64,000 nucleotides of DNA from positions 1,664,001 through 1,728,000 of the forward strand of contig OZ253564.1 in assembly GCA_965262915.1 (NCBI GenBank), read 5' to 3'. A program made the position numbers and the translations under genes. The DNA is from Candidatus Spongiisociaceae bacterium (GTDB lineage Bacteria > Actinomycetota > Acidimicrobiia > Spongiisociales > Spongiisociaceae). Shown in pieces: positions 19,942-28,545 of this stretch; the first letter of the stretch is position 1, and each line of letters starts with the position of its first letter. The notes below the pieces were generated by a model that ran no database searches, had not been told where the DNA came from, and saw only the letters and a list, made by a program, of their open reading frames with translations.

Positions 19942-20419
19942 TACAACAACCTACCCAACGACGGCTGGCGGGAAAAGGGCTCGTCCCCCAGACAACTCAA
20001 ATACTGACACAAGAACCAATTCTATCGTTCTGCGGTTGCTGCGACGGGAGCGGTGGCAGCCGCCCCACCTACCCGCCCAGGATGGCGGGGCAACGACGCG
20101 TTTCTCCCAGTATGGCTCCACACTGAGCTCCTGTACCGTCGGTGGTGGCGACAACCGTGAACGTTCCGTCAGGACTGACATCCCCGTCACGGGGTATGTC
20201 CGAATACATCTTGGCGGCTCGCGCGCACCTGACGCAGAGAAACGCGTCGAACTCCCAGTCACTCTCCATGTTGGTTCGGTAATACGATGCGTGGCTCATC
20301 ATCGGCCCTCTCTCATCCGTCCCTTGCGGCCCCGACTTAGACGACAGGCTTCTCACGTCGCCCAGCTGGCGGTCATCCGACCAGGCTACCGAGCACATGC
20401 GTACCTGTTGGGCGTGCAA

Positions 20420-20562
20420 TCCCCCGACGGGCAGCTGATCGTCGAAATCTACGGCTACGACACCTACGACCCCACCACCCGCACCGTCCAACCCTCAGAC
20501 GGAGACGACATCGACTCGTGGATGGTCGACACAGCCCACGACGGCAACAACTTCTTCCCCCG
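20420..20562 (+). pseudogene. C-terminal fragment of a type III-like site-specific DNA methyltransferase
   Basis: DGQLIVEIYGYDTYDPTTRTVQPSDGDDIDSWMVDTAHDGNNFFPR resembles the GxDxYDPTTG...IAxWFIDTDYxxxSFFVR tail of such methylases. Confidence 0.55.
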
Positions 20563-20650
20563 CTGTCGGCGACGGCGGTGACGGGCAGGGGGGTGCGGCG
20601 CTTGGTCCGGTTGGCCCGGTTGCGGTTATAGGTTCGGGCTGTGCTTCGGA
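20563..20650 (-). pseudogene. 88-bp internal fragment of the DDE transposase
   Basis: Colinear with 13283-13370 (CTGTCGGCGACGGCGGTGACGGGCAGGGGGGTGCGGCG...GCTGTGCTTC). Confidence 0.85.
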
Positions 20651-20703
20651 ACCCGCTGCGGGTGTCTACGACCCGTCTAGGCCGCTTCTCTTAGGCTGAA
20701 GGC

Positions 20704-20919
20704 ATGGACGCTAGAGATGTCGCTGCGATGACCGCTGATGCGATGAACAGCATGGAACAGCGCATTGAGGGAAGCATCGCTCGGCTCGACGCCAAAATAG
20801 ACGGAGTGAAGCACGACGTCCACCTGCTCAGCGTCAAAGTCGATGTGGGCCTTGAGACCGTGGGCAGACAGATGGACGAAGGCTTCCGCCAGATCATCCA
20901 GCACATAGACCGCCGGTAG
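20704..20919 (+). CDS. Small coiled-coil hypothetical protein
   Basis: Heptad pattern MEQRIEGSIARLDAKIDGVKHDV; GAAGG upstream. Confidence 0.55.
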   Translation: MDARDVAAMTADAMNSMEQRIEGSIARLDAKIDGVKHDVHLLSVKVDVGLETVGRQMDEGFRQIIQHIDRR

Positions 20920-21275
20920 GCGTCCCCGCTTCCTGAGTCGCCGGCCCCAGCCCGCAGCTGCCAGCTGCGCCACTAATGTCTGGGGTGGTGCAGGCCGGTC
21001 GGCCTGCACGTCTCTCAAGTCTGCTTCGATCTGAGCGACATGATCGTCGTACCGGCCCGTAGCCAACGCTATGCCGAGGTTATGGCTCTGCTCTCTGGTC
21101 ATCGACCCGTCCCCGGTGATCACCAACGCGAACCCGGCATCGACGGCTTTGTCCAACATCGCGCCGTTGGACAAAGACTTCCAGCCCATGTACTCGACCG
21201 TGTAGGTTCGTAGTCAGGGGAAGGGAACAGGTGCCGCAGGCGAATATCCAGGTTTTCGTCTATCAGGATCTTCAC
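20920..21275 (-). pseudogene. Frameshifted DUF5615/PIN toxin (copy 2)
   Basis: Homologous to 18076-18366 with a 6-bp duplication and a 1-bp deletion near codon 23; diverges after ITGD. Confidence 0.75.
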
Positions 21276-21280
21276 AGGGG

Positions 21281-21853
21281 TTATCCCAGCGGCCCCTGGT
21301 AGCCCTGATCCGCGGCGTGGCGCAGCACAGCCTCAACGTGTTCGTAGTCCACGTCGTATGTGTCGCTGAACTCCCGGGCTGTTCTCCCTGCCTTCAGGAA
21401 GTCGAACAACGCTTCTACACGGACCAGGGTGCCCGCGAACATGAGCAGCGGCGGTGGGGGTGGCCCCACGAAGTGGACGCCTGGCACGTTGCTCAGGCAG
21501 GTGAGTTCCACGAAGCGGCAACCCGTCAGGTCGACCGTGCCCACCGGCGGTCCGCTGGTCATGTACTCGTGGACAGCCCTGACAGAACCCATGTCTACCC
21601 TGAACGCTTCGGGGAAGGTTTCGACGGTGCCGCCTGTGGCAAGCCAGGAGACCAGGGTTTGCGCTGGGATACGACGCCCGATAAAGGTCGCCTGTCCGCC
21701 GTTCCGCCCGGGAACGTATTCGAGGGCCGCACAGCCCCGCCAGTCAACCATACGGAGAACCATCGGATTGTCCAGATGCGTCGCCGACGAACCAGCAGGG
21801 ACCGCAGACGGTGTGTCTTCGGCTGCGCCCGAATGTAGCAATGTTTCGCTCAT
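21281..21853 (-). CDS. Double DUF433 antitoxin-like protein (copy 2)
   Basis: Close paralog of 18372-18959, including the upstream region. Confidence 0.8.
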   Translation of the reverse strand: MSETLLHSGAAEDTPSAVPAGSSATHLDNPMVLRMVDWRGCAALEYVPGRNGGQATFIGRRIPAQTLVSWLATGGTVETFPEAFRVDMGSVRAVHEYMTSGPPVGTVDLTGCRFVELTCLSNVPGVHFVGPPPPPLLMFAGTLVRVEALFDFLKAGRTAREFSDTYDVDYEHVEAVLRHAADQGYQGPLG

Positions 21854-21944
21854 TAGCGTGCCCGACCTACTGTGGATATCCGATAGAGAATAGAGAGTGT
21901 CTAGGCATATTCTACCCGAGAGGACGCTGCTGGGTAGCGTCCCT

Positions 21945-22043
21945 GCCATGCCCGGCTAAGCCGTTCGATTCGCAGTCAGTGCGAGGAGGAGACAGATTCC
22001 GGCTGAGGAGGAGACAGACTCCTGGGACCCCTACCATCACCCC
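21945..22043. repeat. Element-end copy E (short)
   Basis: GCCATGCCCGGCTAAGCCGTTCGATTC...GAGGAGGAGACAGA x2...GGACCCCTACCATCACCCC; stops at the palindrome. Confidence 0.9.
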
Positions 22044-22108
22044 ACGACCCATGTTTTTGCGAGGTAGCTCAGATGCACTCAGGTATATAAGCCCCCTATG
22101 CTGAGGAC

Positions 22109-22399
22109 ATGACTCGGCGCAATGATGTGCTTGTTCGTCACCGCGAGGCGATCCTGGCTGCAGCTAGGAACCGACGGGGCCGCCGCGTCGCTCTGGTCGG
22201 TTCGGTCGCTCGCGGCAACGATACGCATAACAGCGACTACGACTTCCTAGTGGATTTCGACGACGATGTCAGCTTGTTCGACATGGCGGGCCTGCAAGTC
22301 GATCTCGAAGACATCCTCGGCGGCCGCGTCGACATCGTGCCTAGGTCCAGCGTCAAGGAGCATTGCCAAGATATGTTCAAGGACGCCGTAGCGTTATGA
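22109..22399 (+). CDS. Minimal nucleotidyltransferase (MNT) antitoxin
   Basis: LVGSVARGNDTHNSDYDFLVDF...LEDILGGRVDIV. Confidence 0.85.
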   Translation: MTRRNDVLVRHREAILAAARNRRGRRVALVGSVARGNDTHNSDYDFLVDFDDDVSLFDMAGLQVDLEDILGGRVDIVPRSSVKEHCQDMFKDAVAL

Positions 22400-22484
22400 A
22401 CAGGCGCGACCCGGACACAGGCGAACTGGTCGTGTACCACGCCCACTGGATGTAAGGGAATCGGCGGCTGGTCGGCAACCGGTG

Positions 22485-22751
22485 CTAGAGAGCTGCGAGC
22501 TTTACCTTTCGGCCTGTAGGCACCCCGTTGGATATCGCCGCGATCCAGACATGATCGGGCAGGTCCGGGTCGGTACGGACGATGCGGCCTTCGTCCCATG
22601 CGTAACCGTCCGGTAGCTGACTGATCAGGTAGTCAAGGCCCCTCGCGAAGATGTGGTCGTACGCGCCGGCAGCGGCTTCGTCGGCCTGGCGGAGCAGCCG
22701 CGCTTCGAACTCTTCGCGGGTCTCAGTGCGGGTATCTGATCGGGTTGCCAT
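22485..22751 (-). CDS. Small hypothetical protein, paralog of 28282-28545
   Basis: Shared YLISQLPDGY...RIVRTDPDLPDHV motif. Confidence 0.7.
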   Translation of the reverse strand: MATRSDTRTETREEFEARLLRQADEAAAGAYDHIFARGLDYLISQLPDGYAWDEGRIVRTDPDLPDHVWIAAISNGVPTGRKVKLAAL

Positions 22752-22818
22752 CGCTGCTCACCTTGCCACCGTCAGGGCCGGTTGGCAAGGACAGCCAGCG
22801 GTGACTGGAGTTACGCAA

Positions 22819-22856
22819 TCGCCGAGAGACTCCGTGGCAGGGCGCCCAGAACCCGC
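22819..22856 (+). repeat. 38-bp dispersed repeat, copy 2
   Basis: Matches 853-890. Confidence 0.8.
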
Positions 22857-23089
22857 GCCGCTGGGACATCGCGGTGTGCGACACGTTGGGGTGGGACATC
22901 GACCAGGTCGCAGAACTCGGGGAGCTACTGGCGAAAGAACCGACCGTGCGGGGCGTCGCGTACGGTCAGTGGAGAACGTAGGCCCCCGAACCTGCGCCGA
23001 GCGCGTGGTTGACCGTCTGTGCTGGGGTCGGCTGCCGGGCACACTACAGTCGAACAAGTACGAGAGTGCCCCTCCTCAGTCACTGGGGT

Positions 23090-23300
23090 GAGGTGACGTC
23101 GTCTGGTGTCTAGAGGTGACGTCCTCCCCTGCCCCCCACCTAACTGCCTGGTCAGGGGTCTTCGCGTGTTATGGGCTGTTGAGTTCGCGGGTTAGGTGGT
23201 TCGGTCGGGTTCTTGGGTGGTTTCAGGGGTGTTCGGGTGTGTTTGGCCGGGGCGTGGGGGTGTGTGGCTGTGGTTACGGGGGTATGGCGGCCGCGACGGT
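23090..23300. repeat. Element-end copy F (variant direct repeats, internal deletion, mosaic tail)
   Basis: GAGGTGACGTC at 23090 and 23113; CCTGGTCAGGGG joined directly to TCTTCGCGTG; tail matches copy C then copy A. Confidence 0.8.
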
Positions 23301-23321
23301 CGCTCGGGTATCATCACACCT

Positions 23322-23681
23322 ATGACTTCGCCCGCCCGTTCGGTGACCGTATCGCGGACCCGCTTGTTGAGCCGCCCGCCTGTGTCCATCCCCGACGACA
23401 TGGAAGACCGGACGCTGCCGAAAGCGTCCGGGGTGGTGACCCTACCCGGCCATGTGGCCTGGTCAGCGCCCCGCACATTCGACATGGACAACCAGCGCCA
23501 GCTGATAAGCATGTACCAGACGGTGATGACCGAGGGGTTAGACGACGACGTCCGCTACTACATCGACATCGACTTGCTAGTCGAATTGTGGGACGATCTG
23601 TGGCTGTCCCCCTATGTCCGCGAAGCATGGTCAGCGTGGCTGCACGACAGGGGACTGATCGACGACCCCGCTGGATGCTGA
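23322..23681 (+). CDS. Putative antitoxin partner of AbiEii-type toxin
   Basis: GVVTLPGHVAWS...MYQTVMTEG...LWDDLWLSPYVREAW; overlaps the downstream nucleotidyltransferase start. Confidence 0.65.
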   Translation: MTSPARSVTVSRTRLLSRPPVSIPDDMEDRTLPKASGVVTLPGHVAWSAPRTFDMDNQRQLISMYQTVMTEGLDDDVRYYIDIDLLVELWDDLWLSPYVREAWSAWLHDRGLIDDPAGC

Positions 23682-24157
23682 CCGAACTACAGGAACGGAC
23701 CTGGCGGATACTCGCAGCGGTTCCCGAAGCAGACGGGTTCGCGTTAGCGGGAGGCTCAGCGCTGATCCTGACCGGTGTAGTCCAGCGCGGAAGCAACGAC
23801 CTAGACGTGTTCGGGACGTACCCTGGGTCAGCCATCCCCTTCGCTGAAGCAGCCCAACGAGTTCTGACCAGCGAAGGGCTGAACCCGACAGTGGAACGAT
23901 GGGGAGAGGGGTTCGTCCGTATGCGAGTCACTGACGGTGCTGACACAACATGGGTGGATATCGCGATCGATGTCCGCCGGCACCCGACGGTTGCAGACCC
24001 GACCGGACCGGTCCTGAACATCCGAGAGTTAGCAGCCGACAAGATGCTGGCGTTGGGGTTGATGCGGATGCTGGTGTGGTGTTCGAGCGTGGTTGGCCGT
24101 TGTCTGTGGTGGGATTGTCGGTTGCTCGGAGGGCGTGGACTCGTCGGGTGTGTTTGA
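23675..24157 (+). pseudogene. AbiEii/AbiGii-family nucleotidyltransferase toxin, C-terminally truncated at ~24057
   Basis: FALAGGSAL, RGSNDLDVF, ELAADKMLAL, then GT-rich foreign sequence instead of the expected RDxxD motif. Confidence 0.7.
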
Positions 24158-24193
24158 GGGAACGGTACAATCAGGGGAAATGGACGGATGGCT

Positions 24194-24682
24194 ATGACAA
24201 CAAAAGAAGCGCTTCCCCAGCGGCTGTACGGATACCTGGACAGCGCCGGCAACTATCAACCGACAGCCGTCCCCAAAATGGAGCTGACCGCCGCTGACCT
24301 GCCGCCTCTGATGGTCGTACCCGACCTTCGCGGGTCGTACAGGTATCCGCTGTTGCAGTTCATCTTCGACTGGAACAGGTCAGTCGACAAGGCTCGGTTG
24401 ATCGCTGAGCCGCCTGTCTACGACGGGGACGACCCTGTGCTGCTGCCGGCTATCGCAGTGGTCGTTCACGCGCTCGCCGACCGGGCCGGGATCCCTATAC
24501 CCGGCTGGGTGTTCGAGCATCGCGCCCCGACCGACATCGCGTTGTTCGTTCCTGACTACATGCCGAAATACGCGGAGTGGCTCAAACGCAGGTCACATCC
24601 GCTGTCGGAGTACCATCGGGTTCATATTCATCCCCGAATGCTGGACAAAGGAACCGACGACTGGTGGCTGCCCTGGGACTGA
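24194..24682 (+). CDS. Hypothetical antitoxin-like partner of DUF6036 nucleotidyltransferase
   Basis: LIAEPP...AIAVVVHALADRAGIPIPGWV pattern; 3 bp from the next gene. Confidence 0.6.
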   Translation: MTTKEALPQRLYGYLDSAGNYQPTAVPKMELTAADLPPLMVVPDLRGSYRYPLLQFIFDWNRSVDKARLIAEPPVYDGDDPVLLPAIAVVVHALADRAGIPIPGWVFEHRAPTDIALFVPDYMPKYAEWLKRRSHPLSEYHRVHIHPRMLDKGTDDWWLPWD

Positions 24683-24685
24683 CAT

Positions 24686-25225
24686 ATGTCTGAACGGGGA
24701 CTGACCAGAGAACAGCTAATCGGCCTGTTCGAAGAGTTGGACCTGTGGCTCGCTGCGAGACAAGCCGCCCACTACCAGATTCTGGTAGTGGGCGGTGCTG
24801 CTATCGCCCTGCAGTGGAATCCCTCCCGGCTTACCAACGACGTGGACGCTGTCTCGGAAGGTTTCACCGACGAATTACGGGAAGGGATCGCAGCAGTCGC
24901 CGCGAAACGGGGCCATGTGCGGGCCGATTGGCTCAACGACGCTTCCAAGATGTCGACTCTCTCCCCCCAGGCCGACGCTTCCCCCACCCCCATATACGAA
25001 GGGACCAACCTGACCATCTACGGAGCAGGCGCCCGGTACGTGATGGCCATGAAGGCGATCTCCGGCCGTCCCGTAGACCTAGCGGACCTTCCGGTTCTGG
25101 TTAGGGCAGCCGACTTCGATACGCTCGACGAAGCGTTGGAGTGGATAGACCGCGCCTACCCACTCCGTTCGACACCTGTATCAGCCCGATACGCTCTCGA
25201 ACAGATATGGGCTGACCTGCACTGA
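24686..25225 (+). CDS. DUF6036-like nucleotidyltransferase
   Basis: ILVVGGAAIAL, RLTNDVDA, DWLND, AMKAISGRPVDLADL. Confidence 0.8.
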   Translation: MSERGLTREQLIGLFEELDLWLAARQAAHYQILVVGGAAIALQWNPSRLTNDVDAVSEGFTDELREGIAAVAAKRGHVRADWLNDASKMSTLSPQADASPTPIYEGTNLTIYGAGARYVMAMKAISGRPVDLADLPVLVRAADFDTLDEALEWIDRAYPLRSTPVSARYALEQIWADLH

Positions 25226-25631
25226 TAATCCCGCAAACCACCACCCGTAGCCCGCCGCCACCCCGTCAGGTCGCAGCACAGGAGCCCTTTCATCCCAGAC
25301 CCATCATCGCGGAGCGGCTCCTCTCCCTCCGTCAAACCCCCACCAAATGAATTATCGGGGGTTGGAAATGGCCGAGTGGTTTATCGGCGAGATGAAGTCG
25401 ATCTAGCCGACCCCGGACCCTTTCGACCATCGGCGCGGGATAGCGGTACGGTGTTCTACGCAGCGCAGGCGGCGAGCCCTACACGCACCATGTCCGGCCG
25501 GCGCATCATCTGGTCAGCAGCTACGACGCCATAGCCGTTGAATGGTTGAACGTGGCGGGGATGCTCCGCACCAATATGTTTTCGCACAGGATGGCTTCGC
25601 AGCGTTGGGCCGCCTATGACCACATATTGGA

Positions 25632-25804
25632 ACGCGGGGAGTGGCCGAGTCGGCGAACGAACGGTGAGCAGGGGCTCGGGATACGGGCGAAACACCGATT
25701 CGCAGCGACTGGGAAGAGGAGACAGATTCCGGCTGAGGAGGAGACAGGCTCCTCGGACCCCTACCATTACCCCTGGTCAGGGGTGGTCGCGAAGACCCCA
25801 CAGC
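25632..25804. repeat. Element-end copy G (shares the ~65-bp leader with copy A)
   Basis: ACGCGGGGAGTGGCCGAGTCGG...CACCGATTC...GAGGAGACAGATTCCGGCTGAGGAGGAGACAG...CGCGAAGACCCCACAGC. Confidence 0.9.
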
Positions 25805-26062
25805 CATCTCAGCCAGCCGCCGTGCCGTGCGCCGCCGCCGTCGGCGCCGCCCACATCACCACACCACAGCAACGCCGCCACACATGTCACACGACACGAC
25901 GACGGTGGAGTCTTCCGCGTCTTCGGCCTCGGGCCGGGCCAACACGGATCGCGTAGGACCGTACTCAACCAACCGCTGGGGGCAGCGACTCCGCTAGGAT
26001 AGTTACGTAGCGTTGCGGATATACTCGATGTATTACGGGGTGCGTATTACCATCCGCACGTA

Positions 26063-26235
26063 ATGGTTGCAGCTACCAGGAGGACGAGCATTCTCGATCT
26101 CTTGGCTGATCGCGCCAGCATCTCGAGTGGTGAAGTAGCGGATTTGCTTGGCGTGACGCGACAGACCGCGCATCGCCACCTGGCGGGGCTAGTCCGAACC
26201 GGAGATTTGGCGCGGACGGGTCAGGGACGCGCTAT
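26063..26235 (+). pseudogene. N-terminal wHTH fragment of a regulator
   Basis: ILDLLADRASISSGEVADLLGVTRQTAHRHLAGLVRTGDLARTGQGRA; the frame then turns non-protein-like. Confidence 0.6.
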
Positions 26236-27987
26236 GTGCTTTCTCCAGAAGTATCGCTGCCGCCGCTTGCTCGGTGGCTTGACGAGTTGGTGGCCACCGA
26301 AGCCGCACTCCGCGATGTCCGCGACTCCGTGCGAGAGCGGTTATCTGACCGTGAAGAGCTGCACGCTATTGCTTGGGCCTTCGACTATCGGCTCGTTCTC
26401 GTCGAAGGTAAGAAACAACGGTCCAAAGAGGTGGGTCCGTTTCGTCCTTTGTGGGAGACGCCAAACGGCCAGTACCCGCCACCCTTTGAGGAGGTCGAGC
26501 CTGACGGGATGGCGCTCTGGGAGAAGCTCGGCAGGCTGGTCACGCACCCCTCTCTCCGCGCCCGTCTCCACGATCTGCTTTGGGAGCGGGAATAGTCTTC
26601 CGTCCCTTATACACACGCCCTCCAGGCGATCGATGCCTATTTAGAACTTGCTCCCACTACGGAGGACGGACTCGATTCCGCCAATGCGCTAGGCCGTGCG
26701 AGGTTGTTGGCTCGTCGGATCAACGACCATGCCCGTCTCCGTGACGCTGTTGACGCGGCATTTCGCCGAGCCGAAGTAGAACTATCGAGTGTCGATCCCA
26801 AGCCCGGCATCGTACTGAGGCTGCTGGACGTAGTGCTACATCATGTCGATGAGGATGCGAATCGTCACTTGGCTGAGAGGCTTTTGGAGCAGGCGAAGCG
26901 CACGTTCCAGGATCCGTGGATTCGTGATGACATCATCAGGCGCCAACTAAGCATCCCCGGTAGCCCCGAGCGGAAACAGGACCTGCGGTCCCAGGCAGTG
27001 GATCTGTGGCTCAAGGAGGCATCGGCCTTGTCCGGGGTGAAACGCACCTTGTTTCTAGAAGAGGCACTAAAGCGAGCCCAACGGTACGGTCTTCGAGAGA
27101 GTGCTGAAAAGATCCGGATAGAAATCCAGGAGAACGAACTAGACAGAGATGAGATGCAGAGCATCTCCGTCGATATGGAACTGCCACATGACCACATCGA
27201 GCAGACTCTCGTTTGGATCAGTTCCGGCGATAGCTGGGATGGCTGTCTAGAACGTCTGGTGGCGTTCGGTCCCTTGAGCGGGCACCTGCAGCACAATCTA
27301 GAGGCGGTACGCCGCAAGGCAGGGGAGTTCCCTCTGCTACGTCTAATGACCCACCGTGTGCTCGGCCCTTGGAACGAGACTCTCTTCACGCCGAGCAACG
27401 AGGAGCAATGGAATGAGCTCGAGTTATCCCGGTACGAGAAAGTCGGGATAGACATGGCCAGCTATGTCCTGGCTGAAGCGCTTGACCGCATCCATGCCTT
27501 CCACGGACTGCCAAAACGGCGAGAACTACAGTCGTTCTTCACTACATGCCTAATTGATAGAGAAGCCGCTGAGCGGATGGCGGCAGGCGTGGTGCATTAC
27601 ACACGGCGGCAGTTCGATGAGAGCATCCTAGTTCTCATCCCCCGCATTGAGGGAGTAATTCGCGAACTCGTTCGACAGCTAGGGGCGCCAATCTGGCGGG
27701 AACCTCGACCATTGAAGGAACGGCTTTCTTTCGGGAGGCAGATCTCTCTCGGGGACCTCTTGCGGACTCTTGGGGGCCATTTGGATGAAAACTGGCACCG
27801 GTACCTAACCACTCTATTCGTCAACCCACTCGGCTCGAACCTGCACAACCTGTATATGCACGGACTGTTACCACAAGGCACACGAGAGCATGCCGCAGCC
27901 ACCATCCACGCTGTTGGGTTTCTGGCTTCTCTCCGACTGTCGCACGACGAACAACGGAATACCGGGGATGAGAATGGTTCTCTATAG
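26236..27987 (+). pseudogene. DUF4209/HEPN-like protein interrupted by one in-frame TAG (26593-26595)
   Basis: ORFs 26236-26595 and 26704-27987 share a frame and the linker is open (SSVPYTHALQAIDAYLE); C-terminal LIPRIEGVIR...GSNLHNLYMHGL. Confidence 0.7.
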
Positions 27988-28198
27988 GAAGTCAGCCTTT
28001 AAGCATGGTTACGACCCTGAGGATATAGAGCGAGTGTTGGATCATCCCTTAAGCGTTCGGGAGGTTATCACCAGCAGAGGCTCCTCGGCGATATCCAAGA
28101 TCGGATTCGCGTCAAATTTGACCCTGATAGATGTACGCTATCGATATCATCCCCACAGCGGGGAGCGCGTAGTGTTTCACGCACAGAAGGTTCCCTAG
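27974..28198 (+). CDS. Small BrnT/RelE-like toxin candidate
   Basis: SAFKHGYDPEDIERVL...IGF...VVFHAQK; 74 aa. Confidence 0.55.
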   Translation: MVLYRKSAFKHGYDPEDIERVLDHPLSVREVITSRGSSAISKIGFASNLTLIDVRYRYHPHSGERVVFHAQKVP

Positions 28199-28281
28199 GA
28201 GCCTGTGCGGCGGTAGAAGCCCTACCATCACCAGTAGGGACTCCTTGACTACGCGGGACAGTGAAACTACCGTTCGAAGCG

Positions 28282-28545
28282 ATGACCACTCTGAACCCTC
28301 CCACCACCTTGGAAGAGCACGAGGAGCAGTTATTGGACCTAGAGAGGGCCTCGGAGTCAGGCGAGTTCGACTATGTTGGCCAAGAGGCAGTCGAATACCT
28401 GATCAGCCAGTTGCCGGATGGCTACGTTCTCGACGACGAGAACCGGGTGGTGCGACTGGACCCCAGCCTGCCGGATCATGTCTACATTCCCGCTCTCATC
28501 TTCGGCGTGCCGTCCGATCCAGTAAGAATCCCCGTCTACAGGTAG
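28282..28545 (+). CDS. Small acidic hypothetical protein (antitoxin candidate), paralog of 22485-22751
   Basis: YLISQLPDGY...RVVRLDPSLPDHV; alternative start 28261. Confidence 0.7.
   Translation: MTTLNPPTTLEEHEEQLLDLERASESGEFDYVGQEAVEYLISQLPDGYVLDDENRVVRLDPSLPDHVYIPALIFGVPSDPVRIPVYR

Noticed and set aside
11166-25804. CRISPR array interpretation of the recurring repeats
   Set aside because: Copies are kilobases apart, variable in length and continuous with a transposase 3' end; no regular repeat-spacer period and no cas genes.
25880-25945. DDGGVFRVFGLGP resembling the transposase segment DDG...CRAFGLAP
   Set aside because: Too short, opposite orientation and no clear nucleotide match; probably chance.
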